From assembly GCA_000165345.1 (NCBI GenBank), contig CM000436.1, positions 672,001-736,000 of the forward strand: 64,000 bases of DNA, read 5' to 3'. The position numbers and the translations under genes were made by a program. This document shows, in pieces, positions 10,509-19,977 of the stretch; the first letter of the stretch is position 1, and every line of letters starts with the position of its first letter. The notes under the pieces are model-generated. The model was not told the DNA's origin and did no database searches. It saw only the letters and a program-made list of their open reading frames with translations.

Positions 10509-11726
10509 CTATATAGTTATAACGTAACCGGGGGGAAGTATATCCATTGCAAGATGGATATTACTTCCGATTACTATTGAGACCAATAGGGCAAACCAAT
10601 TAGGGTTTAGCTCAAGAGCCATTGCGAACTTTTCTTTATGTAGAGCAAGGATAAGTGCTTGAATTGCCATCTCTTTCCCTTTTGAAGAGTTATTAAGCTC
10701 AATAAGTCTTCTTGTAAGTACCGGTAATGGCTGATATTTTGCGATTGAAATGATTCCAATAAATGTGGAAGAGCACGGTAGGGTTAGCACCTTAAGAGTA
10801 TCTTGAATGAAAAGAGGAAACTTGGCTAAACTTGGATATAGATTAAATCCAATTACGGACAGATCATTAAAGCATTCTAAATCTGTTGGAGGTGAATCTG
10901 GAGAAAAAATGCTCACGTACTTTTCTGAATAGTAAAAACTATTTATTTCGTTACATATAAAATCCTTGAGAATTTTGTCGGCAGAGCATAGTGGAAGGAG
11001 CGAAACCACCTCAACCTGAGCCTCTGAGAGGTAGACTTTGGATAATCGGTTTTGATCTTGATGATCACCTCCATAATTTAGAAGAAAGTATTTAACTTCT
11101 ACATTAGGGGTTAAACTGCTTTCACTTATATCTTGAAATCTTGGAAATCCACCATTATCCAGCCTTTTGAGGCAACTAGAAGAATCCATGAGCCAGATTA
11201 CAAGTAACTGTCTTTCCTTCCCAATGTTTTGGTGCTCTTCTGTCCAATTTATATTATTTGGTCCTGGAGCACCAAAACTGTTATCAGTTCCATTCTGTAA
11301 TTCAGATCTTTCAATAATAGCACCTTCTTTGAGGAAATCGCTAAAACAATCTGGAATTGGCCTTATTTCTTGTTGATTAATACTATTTTGCACCTCTGAC
11401 TTAATTGGAAAAGAGTCCTGTTCAGTCTTAAGCTCTATATTGCTACTTGTTATTTGCTCCATCAACATATCTATAATCGTAAGCGACGGTACTAATGAAC
11501 AGCTGCCAATTGGATACCAGCTCACCTCCTTAAATCTATGGTTAGCAAAAACTAACTCCCTCTTCATTTCATCCAAGACAAAATAAACAGAAATCAAACA
11601 CTCAGAGTATTCCCTATTAAACTCATCATCTAGAAACAACCGTTTCAGTGCATCTTTGAAATACTCCAGACGCAGAATGGAGTGCTCACTATTAAAATCA
11701 ATGTCAAAAACTATTAAAATCGACAT
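10509..11726 (-). CDS. Hypothetical protein (405 aa); the N-terminus faintly resembles a vWA-like fold
   Basis: The track ORF starts at TTG (11753). The first ATG at 11726 gives MSILIVFDIDFNSEHSILRLEYFKDALKRLF... It is a long clean ORF with TTGGCGCCA 53 nt upstream of the ATG. Confidence 0.6.
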   Translation of the reverse strand: MSILIVFDIDFNSEHSILRLEYFKDALKRLFLDDEFNREYSECLISVYFVLDEMKRELVFANHRFKEVSWYPIGSCSLVPSLTIIDMLMEQITSSNIELKTEQDSFPIKSEVQNSINQQEIRPIPDCFSDFLKEGAIIERSELQNGTDNSFGAPGPNNINWTEEHQNIGKERQLLVIWLMDSSSCLKRLDNGGFPRFQDISESSLTPNVEVKYFLLNYGGDHQDQNRLSKVYLSEAQVEVVSLLPLCSADKILKDFICNEINSFYYSEKYVSIFSPDSPPTDLECFNDLSVIGFNLYPSLAKFPLFIQDTLKVLTLPCSSTFIGIISIAKYQPLPVLTRRLIELNNSSKGKEMAIQALILALHKEKFAMALELNPNWFALLVSIVIGSNIHLAMDILPPGYVITI

Positions 11727-11778
11727 CTTACATAAAACAAACGCTCTTAGCAAGCAAGCTTTACAAAATAAAAACTAC

Positions 11779-11787
11779 TTGGCGCCA
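11779..11787. promoter_or_regulatory. E2F-like TTGGCGCCA motif in a 97-nt tandem-gene spacer
   Basis: Read directly at 11779-11787 (GGCGCC core 11781-11786), between the stop of the SHMT-like gene (11824) and the ATG at 11726. Confidence 0.45.
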
Positions 11788-11823
11788 TTAATACCGACGC
11801 ACTTCCCACATGTAGGTGGTTAG

Positions 11824-13140
11824 CTAATCAAAATAAATAGTCTCCAGCTCACTGATTATTCCCGAAACCCTATCAAATATCAGCTTTAGCTTATTACTTT
11901 TAGTTATTTCTTCGTGAAAGATGTTTTCCCTAGCCTCAATTGGAATATCTAACTTCCCAACTTTGTTGAAAATCTCTACGCCCACATTTATACAATCTGA
12001 GATCAAATTGCCTAAAATTGTCATCTGTGATACAGAACCTTCTCTAAATGTATAGACAAGGGTCCCAAACATTAAGGAGGATCTATTTTCTCCAAACTTT
12101 CTGTATGTGTGCCTGATCTTGCACTCCGTTAAAATTTTAGAAATCAGCTCGCACGGTACTCCGAGCCTTTCGCAATCAACTGAAACAAGATGTGTATCTG
12201 TTCCATCTCCAAGTAGAGGAATTCCTGAGTCAAGCATTGTCTGCGCTAGAACAGCAGAGTTATCAAGTGCTGCTGCTACAAACTCACTAGTTCGAGAAGT
12301 TAACATTCCTTGAATTTGGACAGCAAATGACCCAATTTGATGATTATGAGGGCCTCCTTGGAGGCCTGGAAATACTGCGGAGTTAACTTTCTGAAATAAT
12401 CCAGGATTTTTGCTGTTGTTCAACATCAAGAAGCCACCTTTAGGACCACCCAAACTGCTTTGAGTGTTAGAATAAATGATGTCGCAATATCTGTATGGAT
12501 TGTTGTCCTCCCTTCCATACCTATCAAATGATATCAAAAGTGCAATTTCGCTAATATCAGCGACTAAAAAGATTTTAAATTCATTGCAAATCTCACTAAG
12601 CAGTCTGTAGTCTATGAATAATGTTAATACATCGGATGGAACAAGTAACAACTTGGGCTTTAATATCTTACATTTCTCCCTCAGGTCAACTATATCAAAC
12701 CCCCTACCTTTTTTATCCAAATTATAATATTCAACTTGGTAATAATTTTCCAATACAGTGTCAGAATCACCCCTAATCCTCAAAATTCGATCCCCCTTAT
12801 TCAGTAATCCCATACAGATGGCCAACTCAGCATGGCTTCCACTATAACACTGGATATTAAATAGCCATTCGTCATTGCTTTTTTTGTCTAATTTTAGAAA
12901 TTGTTTTAATCTACTTGCGCAGAGCGTTTCTATCTTATCAATAACGTGTGTTCCACCATAATACCTTGTTCCAGGAAAACCCTCTGAATATTTGTTTGTA
13001 AGGATACTCCCAAGGACTTTTCTCGCAGCATTAATCATAACATTTTCCTTGGGGTGTAAGTTTAAATGAGAATTCTGAAAATCTTTTTCCTTATTAATAA
13101 TATTGAATAACTCTTGATCAGATTCAATTGTTGTATTCAT
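11824..13140 (-). CDS. SHMT-fold paralog lacking the PLP lysine (predicted pseudoenzyme or regulatory subunit)
   Basis: Clear SHMT family signatures are kept: LTNKYSEGFPGTRYYGGTHVIDKIETLC (nt 12952-12999 encode TNKYSEGFPGTRYYGG) and VNSAVFPGLQGGPHNH (FPGLQGGP = nt 12349-12372). The canonical TTTTHKTLRGPRGG is YSNTQSSLGGPKGG (Q227-S228 at nt 12457-12462 replace His-Lys). HGGHLTHG is replaced by RGDSDTVLENY. ADxAH is ADISE. The C-terminal substrate Arg (..G[LV]RLGT..) is ..SLMFGT... Confidence 0.85.
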   Translation of the reverse strand: MNTTIESDQELFNIINKEKDFQNSHLNLHPKENVMINAARKVLGSILTNKYSEGFPGTRYYGGTHVIDKIETLCASRLKQFLKLDKKSNDEWLFNIQCYSGSHAELAICMGLLNKGDRILRIRGDSDTVLENYYQVEYYNLDKKGRGFDIVDLREKCKILKPKLLLVPSDVLTLFIDYRLLSEICNEFKIFLVADISEIALLISFDRYGREDNNPYRYCDIIYSNTQSSLGGPKGGFLMLNNSKNPGLFQKVNSAVFPGLQGGPHNHQIGSFAVQIQGMLTSRTSEFVAAALDNSAVLAQTMLDSGIPLLGDGTDTHLVSVDCERLGVPCELISKILTECKIRHTYRKFGENRSSLMFGTLVYTFREGSVSQMTILGNLISDCINVGVEIFNKVGKLDIPIEARENIFHEEITKSNKLKLIFDRVSGIISELETIYFD

Positions 13141-13398
13141 ACCTAAATGATGACGAAATTAAGTTATTAATATCAAAGATACAGTCTGTTTAGTAATTTA
13201 TTTAAGATTCTTTTTTTTTGTTACTTATTTCTAAAAAAGTGCTCGCCCCCTTTATTTGATTAAATTTTTCCCCACATGCAAGCATGTTTAACAGTGTTAG
13301 TTTCATCGTATTTACATAAATAAAATACTTATATAAATTAATTAAAATAATGAATAATGTGGATGTAAAATAGAACCTCTTATTTTTAATTAATATAA

Positions 13399-14229
13399 TT
13401 AGAAAATGATTCTAAAAATAATTACTAATATTAGAAAAGCAGTTAAATAAAGAACTATTTTAGTTATTCTTCTCCTTCGATCTCTTTCAGAAATTACATT
13501 AATCTCGTGTAGTAGGTGAAAACTGTCTGTATTAATTTCTGTTTCCTTAATTTTATCTTGAAAAGTATCAATAGTAACTTGTTCAGAGGCAATCTCATTT
13601 AATAGAATATTCTGAATACTCATTAACTCTTTCGTGGACTCCTTTAATTTAATTAACTCTGCAAAACAATGATTGGTTAATATTGGGCAATAAATGAGTA
13701 AAATAAAACCAAACCTCTTCGTATAATAATGTCACTTACCTTGGTTTTGTTCAAATAAGAGTTGTTTTTCCAATTCTTTAAAATCTGGTAAAGGCATATA
13801 TTGGGAGGTATGGACGAAAGAAGAAACAGAAGAGACAGAGGTATTTGATAATGAATTCTTTTCTAATTGGTTTCTTAAACAATTATCAACTTCATATCTT
13901 TCTAAGGAGAAAATAGTCTGAAAATGAAATAATAGATTCTCAAATAACAGTTTATAATGAGGATTTATATTGTTTTCCTTTTCCAATAACATAATACAGT
14001 ACTTAAAAAGATGTTGAGTTTCTTTAATTTTGAGATCTCTCTCAATATAACAACTTTCATTGTTTAATGAGTTAATATTTTCTCCAAAGTTTAATTCTTT
14101 CAAGTAATCTATATTTTCCTTAACCTGCTTAAAACATTTGCAAACGATTTCGTCCATTCCTTCTTTAATTAGAGTACTTTTGAAATTTTCAAAGTCACTT
14201 TTCAATGACAAGCAATTACCATAATTCAT
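13399..14229 (-). CDS. Tail-anchored Qc-SNARE (syntaxin-6/8/Tlg1-like), two exons
   Basis: ORFs 13732..14229 and 13399..13623 join through an 81-nt intron to give ...LFEQNQ|ELIKLKESTKELMSIQNILLNEIASEQVTIDTFQDKIKETEINTDS...RRRRITKIVLYLTAFLILVIIFRIIF. E-x3-Q-x3-I-D-x-F-x3-I-x2-T matches the zero-layer region of Qc SNAREs (compare syntaxin 6 ELEEQAVMLEDFSHELEST). There is a single C-terminal TM anchor. Confidence 0.7.
13659..13739 (-). other. Intron (81 nt, phase 1)
   Basis: On the minus strand the donor is caa g|gtaagt (GT at 13739-13738) and the acceptor is ttgttttgcag| (AG at 13660-13659). The splice restores the frame into ORF 13399..13623 (G+AG = Glu, then LIKLKESTKELM). Confidence 0.7.
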
Positions 14230-14520
14230 TTCACAATTTAGATTTAGAGTAGTTCTTTTATTAATTACTTAAAGAATTTATTGCATTTTATTTCTTGTTT
14301 AATTTAATTATGAGTAATATAGCAATCTCTCCAAACATTCAAACTCTCCAATTCTGACTATCAGGTTTAAACACATACAAAATAGCCTGAAGGATTTCTA
14401 AAGTCTAAACTTGAATAACTTATCTAACTTAATCAGATTTTAACTTTTCTGACTTTTTCACTGGCTATCCATGTATTTTGTGAGGTACAGATAAATTTTG
14501 CGAGCTTAGAAAATGATGCT

Positions 14521-14530
14521 TTGGCGCCAA
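14521..14530. promoter_or_regulatory. Perfect palindromic E2F-like site TTGGCGCCAA in a divergent promoter
   Basis: Read directly at 14521-14530, in the 641-nt spacer between the divergent SNARE gene (ATG 14229, minus) and the acidic-protein gene (ATG 14871, plus). Confidence 0.45.
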
Positions 14531-14870
14531 TCGCTTTGCTAATACTGCATTTAGGAGTTGAAAAATTAAATAGTTAAAATTATTTAGACAAGAGCCTGTT
14601 GTTGAAGCTGAAAGGTATTTGATTATCTTAGACCGAATTTTCCTTTTCGTTCCTCTACAAATTACTGGAATAATAAGTCTGCATGCAATTTACATCTTTT
14701 GCGGGAACTGAAAGCAAAATTGTAGAAAAACAAAATTTACTGCTAAAAATAAGAATTAAACAAACTTCTCATTTTAAAGCACTAAAAGAATCAAATAGAG
14801 CGAACTGACCTACATAAATGTGTGTGCTTATTTATGAACCCCGAGTTTGAAAATCTATAAAATTAATCTT

Positions 14871-15290
14871 ATGGAAACAATGCAAAATTGGGAAATTATA
14901 GACGACTACGATATTGAGAAGGAAAATGAAAAGGTTAAAAATAGTGATATCTTATCAGATTTACTAAGTGATTATGAACTTGACAACAGCTTTATGAAAA
15001 AGGATATTAATCAGCAGCTTGAGGAAATTAATATATTGATTAAAGAAGTTAATCAAGAAAAGGTAGAATTATTGAATTCATTTCCATCTTGTTCATTAGC
15101 AATTATTAAGAGCTTAACCAGAGGTGATGAAATTGATGAAGAAAATATGGAGATTGATCAGATGTCACTCTCAAGCAGCGAGATCAACTCTAGCAATGAT
15201 TCACCTTTGTTTGAAACACGAGTAAATATCGACCTGCATCAGAGTCTTACGGACTCTCCAGGAAGCATGAATATATCAGACTTTCTTTAG
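14871..15290 (+). CDS. Small acidic hypothetical protein (139 aa)
   Basis: The track ORF begins at TTG (14847). The first ATG at 14871 gives METMQNWEIIDDYDIEKENEKV... The protein is D/E-rich with a predicted coiled segment. No family recognised. Confidence 0.5.
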   Translation: METMQNWEIIDDYDIEKENEKVKNSDILSDLLSDYELDNSFMKKDINQQLEEINILIKEVNQEKVELLNSFPSCSLAIIKSLTRGDEIDEENMEIDQMSLSSSEINSSNDSPLFETRVNIDLHQSLTDSPGSMNISDFL

Positions 15291-15358
15291 CCATGAAAAA
15301 AATGTAAATATTCAAAAGAAAGAAATTAACAATTCACAAACGAGAGTAAGCAAACGCA

Positions 15359-16696
15359 CTAATACTTATCTACGATAGAAACAAATTCAAACGATGAGGC
15401 AAACTTTCGCACTGTTTGCCTGATATTCTCTATTGCTGGAGAGGCCTTAATATTAGAAACAAACTCTGCAAGAGTCTCCCCATCCTTTTGAATATCTCGA
15501 GCAGTAGTTAAAACTTCTACAATTATCCTTGAAACGAATTTGAAATCATCCAACTCCATCCCTCTGCTCGCAAGGGCTGCAGTTCCAAGTCTGACGCCAC
15601 TGCAATTCATAGTTCTCCCATCACAAGGTAAAGAACTTCTACTTGTTGAAATTTCGCATACTTCTAGTGCTTTCTCAGCCTTAGCCCCAGAAATGTTCAA
15701 TGATCTTGTATCTATTAGAATTTTGTGGGAATCAGTTCCATTTGTAAGAATCTTGATTCCAGACTCCTCGAGCAATTTGCAAAGCAATTGAGAGCTTTCT
15801 AGCACTCTACTTGCATATTTAACCCAAGAAGCAGAAACTACTTGTTTCAGTTGGAAACAAAGGGCTGCAACTTGGTTGAAATGAATACTAGACTGAATTT
15901 CTTTAGAAACTGACTCATCAATCTTAACTCTGATCTTGGACTCTACGTCCTTTCTGTAAAATATTATTGCTGACCTTGGTCCTCTTAATGTCTTGTGAGA
16001 CGTTGTTGTAATGAAATCTGCGTAGTCTTTGGGTGACGGGTACTTCCCTGCAACCACCAAACCAGAGTAGTGAGCGATATCTACCATCAGGTAGGCCTTC
16101 ACTTTGTCGCAGATATCCCTAAACCTCTTAAAGTTGATCATTCTAGGATACCCACTAGCTCCTGCTATTATCATCTTTGGTCTAAATAGTATTGCATTTT
16201 CTTCCAACTTATCGTAATCTATCACTCCTTCTAAATCAGTTACATAAGGGAGTGACTCAAAATAGTGAGATGAACAGTTAACTCTCTTCAAATTTGTATA
16301 GTGTCCGTGAGTCAGGTGGCCTCCATGTTGTAATGACAATCCCATTATTCTATCATTAGGTTTTAATACTGCATTTAATACTGCAAAATTTGCAGGAGAG
16401 CCACTATGAGGCTTTACATTAGCACCCCATACTTCAGGATCTAGTCCATATGCTTTTAAGGCTCTTTCATTTGTGAGCTCTAATAGTTCTTGTGCAGAAG
16501 TTGAGTTTAATTCCATATTTTTATCATTATTAAACATTGAGAATGTACTTGACAAGCTGTCCAAGACTCCCTTCGATACAAAGTTTTCGGATGCTATCAT
16601 TTCTAGTCCATTAATCTGTCTATCATATTCTTCATTGATTAGCTCATACATAATGGGATCCAGCTCTTTTAATGATTTTTCCTGTAAAAATACCAT
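15359..16696 (-). CDS. SHMT: Serine hydroxymethyltransferase (PLP-binding core intact; trans-acting loops degenerate)
   Basis: Family signatures: GLEMIASENF, HSGSPANFAV, LQHGGHLTHG (nt ~16304-16327), MVDIAHYSGL, TTTSHKTLRGPR (Lys235 codon at 15992-15994) and CSGVRLGTAALASRG. However, the NKYSEG-PG-RYYGG loop is replaced by FSMFNNDKNMELNSTS (nt ~16499-16549), and VFPGLQGGPHNH is replaced by VSKEIQSSIHFN (nt ~15869-15913). Confidence 0.9.
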   Translation of the reverse strand: MVFLQEKSLKELDPIMYELINEEYDRQINGLEMIASENFVSKGVLDSLSSTFSMFNNDKNMELNSTSAQELLELTNERALKAYGLDPEVWGANVKPHSGSPANFAVLNAVLKPNDRIMGLSLQHGGHLTHGHYTNLKRVNCSSHYFESLPYVTDLEGVIDYDKLEENAILFRPKMIIAGASGYPRMINFKRFRDICDKVKAYLMVDIAHYSGLVVAGKYPSPKDYADFITTTSHKTLRGPRSAIIFYRKDVESKIRVKIDESVSKEIQSSIHFNQVAALCFQLKQVVSASWVKYASRVLESSQLLCKLLEESGIKILTNGTDSHKILIDTRSLNISGAKAEKALEVCEISTSRSSLPCDGRTMNCSGVRLGTAALASRGMELDDFKFVSRIIVEVLTTARDIQKDGETLAEFVSNIKASPAIENIRQTVRKFASSFEFVSIVDKY

Positions 16697-17104
16697 TTCT
16701 TAAGTGATTATTTATTACAGTTCTGTATTACACGGTCTTTATATTCCTAAATCTTTAGTAGCTTCACAAATTTTTATTTCTAGCGTTTAAACAAAGCTAT
16801 ATTCGAATTTCAACTTTGTTTTTTATATTTTGGTAATTGTGTTCAATTATTAAACTTTTTTGTCCAAATAAAGTACATGCGCCATGTGTGGGTAATTTAT
16901 CAGTAAATCGTTGAATGAATGCTAACCCAGAAATTTTTCTAATTTATAAAAATATTATTCTCTAAAAATTACTATGATCTCTGAATAAATTTCGCTCTTT
17001 AGATTTCTCAAGATAACTAGGACAGTACTAATCTACCAAAGATAGAATTTTATTACAAATCAATTATTATTGTCCTACTAGAAAAACCGGAAATGTATTG
17101 AAAA

Positions 17105-19741
17105 CTAATAGAAATCAATTAAATCGTGTTGATTAATTGAATTTGAAGCTAACCTCGAAAAAATGTGGCAATAACTCTGAACAGGGAATAAGCTAGCCAG
17201 AAATACATCTAACTTAGAAACCAAGTTCAGTTGGTTGCCGCATAAATTGAATAGTAGATTTCTTTGTTGAAATTTACTAGCAATAAAAATCTCCAGCAAT
17301 AGTGAAAGAGTCAAAAGATTTTCCCAGGTAAAATTGTTTTTGTTTAATATATCTTCTAAAATTTCTTGATCAAAAACGGATAGTTCATTAATGTTCTCAA
17401 TTGCAAGTTTAATAAGACCAGAAGTGGGGAAATGAACACTTTCTCGCTCACCTTGAAAGTTGTCTGACTCTATGAAAGATTTAAAAGAGCAAACCAACCC
17501 AAAAACGTTCTTCCATTCTATTAAAGAGTAAATAAGACGCCTAAAACCTGTTAAACTCTCATCTGCTTCTATATTTGGGTTTCCACTATCTAATACAAAC
17601 TCCATAATGTTTAGTGCAGATTTCATTGGCCTAATGTTACTGGAAACAAAGGCTGAAAGTAACTTTACGTCATTGCCAAGAAATGACAATCCAAGCAGAA
17701 TTTCTAAGTGTTCATTATTCTCTTTAAATCTAAAAATCTTATGGTATGAATCTGACTTGCTTTTCATAATTGCTTTTCTAAGAATAGAAATAACCTCTAC
17801 TGATTGGTTAATAGACCATGAATATAATACATTTGAAAAGTTAGTTAAGTTGTTTTTAGCAAATTCAAATAATCGTTTTTCAATTCCATTTTTGGTATAG
17901 ATATCAATAATGTTGAAAAACAAATTTATATCATTTCTATCCAGATTCTGAAAGTCCTGAATAGTTTTAATCGAATTCAATGCAATCCAAAGAGAAGTAG
18001 GTTTTGTAGATTTTGACTCAGGAGGCAATAAAGTGAGCCTCTTTAGTACATGAAGGTGCATTTGAGGAGTTTTCAAAATTGAATGTAAATTATTACTAAG
18101 GTAATTAAACACTCCCTCATACCAACAAGTGTAATTTACTTTAACGATATTCTGGTTTCCATTAGAGTCGCAAGCAAATGTTTTAATTGTGAAAGACATA
18201 CAGCTGTACCAATCATCTGGTAAATTTGTTATATTTTCGTTAGGTTTAATCCCAAGTACAGGAGGAAAAAAAAAGGGGAGACCAAAAAAGATGAATTGGT
18301 CCATATTCCTTAAAATGAAGTTATCTGAAGCCAAATTGCTTTCTTTTTTATATTTCAATACGGTTTTAGAACAACTTTTCTCACTCAAAAATATTGAGTC
18401 TATAATATTTTTGATCAGCTGTTCTTCTTTCTCAATATCTCTTACTTTAAGTGAATCTGAAAATATTCTACTATGTATCTTCAGAATTTCATTAGTTCTT
18501 TGACTTGAAGAGCTGAACTCAGATTCGTCAATATATATTAATGGAGCATCTCCATAAAGTAAGGATGCTAAATCTCTATAATTTGTCTTGTTAGAAAACT
18601 TTTTACCGTAGCTATCATCGCTTAAATGACTACTATAGTTTAAAAAAGACTTTTGAAAACCGTTGAAAAAATTATTAAAAACATTGACATAAATCTGATT
18701 GTTTGATTCCCAAATAACCCCTAACTGTCCATTTTCAAATACTTTGCATGATAGAATATGACAGAGTTTACCAGCATTCCCAATTGTTGATAATTTATCA
18801 AAGTGATATTCGCAAGCTCTTGAATCAATCTTAACTTTTAGCAAAGATAAATTTTTCAAACCAAAATGCTTTTCATCATCCTGTATTATATATATCAACT
18901 CGAATTGATCGCCATTAATTAATGTTTCATAAGATACTAAGTTATTTATCGATAAATTAAGGGATTTATTGCTTCTTTCTTCATCAATATCTAATATATA
19001 TACCTGTTTTAATTGAAAATCAGAAATTCGTTCTTTGTCTCCTTGTGGAAATTCTAGTTTAAAAATTTCATTGAAGCATGAAAAATAGAATCTTCCTAGT
19101 GATGTAACACAGCATTCTCCTAGCTCCCCATCAAAATCAGGTGTTACTTGTTTGTAATACCTCAATTTAAAGTCTGTTTCATTGATATTAAGGTTTTCCA
19201 TTGAATTTTGAGATTCATTTATCTGGCAAATAGCCTCAAAAGAACTATATTGAAAGTTTGAGATCAAGAATATATCTGAATCAGTCATTACTATCACAAT
19301 CAATATGCTGTTGTTCACTTTAAAAGCAGATACTTTTTTAATCAATCTTCCCACAAGAACCATGCAATTAAACAGAAAGCTTTTCCCATCGCAAAGAGAA
19401 TAAATCTCAACCCCACCATCTTTGTCTTCTATGAAAATTAGATCTCCATAATTTATTTCTTCGTTGAAACTTTTATCTTGATTAATATTTCGGTTACGTA
19501 CAAGATTTATATTTCTTACAGACTTAATACCATTTTTAAATGTTTTAATATGCGAATGGCCGCTAAGTGAGTCGTATATTTCCAAATAATGTTCGCTTGA
19601 CAATTCTTTATATTCTTTCAATGTGATGATGTACGCTCCAGATTGAGAATATCTAGAGTACGGTCTTACTAATGAACTGTCTGAAAATGAACCGCTTCCA
19701 AGCGAAGAACCACTGAATTTAGTTTCCTCAAGTCTTAACAT
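17105..19741 (-). CDS. Hypothetical protein (878 aa), family not recognised
   Basis: Uninterrupted 2.6-kb ORF with an ATG at 19741. The N-terminal half alternates short beta-like segments (possibly a beta-propeller) and the C-terminal half looks helical. No diagnostic motif seen. Confidence 0.7.
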   Translation of the reverse strand: MLRLEETKFSGSSLGSGSFSDSSLVRPYSRYSQSGAYIITLKEYKELSSEHYLEIYDSLSGHSHIKTFKNGIKSVRNINLVRNRNINQDKSFNEEINYGDLIFIEDKDGGVEIYSLCDGKSFLFNCMVLVGRLIKKVSAFKVNNSILIVIVMTDSDIFLISNFQYSSFEAICQINESQNSMENLNINETDFKLRYYKQVTPDFDGELGECCVTSLGRFYFSCFNEIFKLEFPQGDKERISDFQLKQVYILDIDEERSNKSLNLSINNLVSYETLINGDQFELIYIIQDDEKHFGLKNLSLLKVKIDSRACEYHFDKLSTIGNAGKLCHILSCKVFENGQLGVIWESNNQIYVNVFNNFFNGFQKSFLNYSSHLSDDSYGKKFSNKTNYRDLASLLYGDAPLIYIDESEFSSSSQRTNEILKIHSRIFSDSLKVRDIEKEEQLIKNIIDSIFLSEKSCSKTVLKYKKESNLASDNFILRNMDQFIFFGLPFFFPPVLGIKPNENITNLPDDWYSCMSFTIKTFACDSNGNQNIVKVNYTCWYEGVFNYLSNNLHSILKTPQMHLHVLKRLTLLPPESKSTKPTSLWIALNSIKTIQDFQNLDRNDINLFFNIIDIYTKNGIEKRLFEFAKNNLTNFSNVLYSWSINQSVEVISILRKAIMKSKSDSYHKIFRFKENNEHLEILLGLSFLGNDVKLLSAFVSSNIRPMKSALNIMEFVLDSGNPNIEADESLTGFRRLIYSLIEWKNVFGLVCSFKSFIESDNFQGERESVHFPTSGLIKLAIENINELSVFDQEILEDILNKNNFTWENLLTLSLLLEIFIASKFQQRNLLFNLCGNQLNLVSKLDVFLASLFPVQSYCHIFSRLASNSINQHDLIDFY

Positions 19742-19977
19742 ATTGTTTTCATCCAGAAAAAGCCGTTAAAACAACAAGGAAGAATAATGACTAAGTATTT
19801 AATTCATCTAAAGCAAAATATTTTTTGAAAATAATTTATACCGGTAAAAATCAGCATACGTATATTACATGAAATATTGGGGAGCTGACAAAATTGTTAA
19901 ATTAATTGAAAAGAAAATCAAAAATAAAGTGTAAAATATTGGTAACAGCTTGATAAAAAGATTTATGTTTTTATTTA

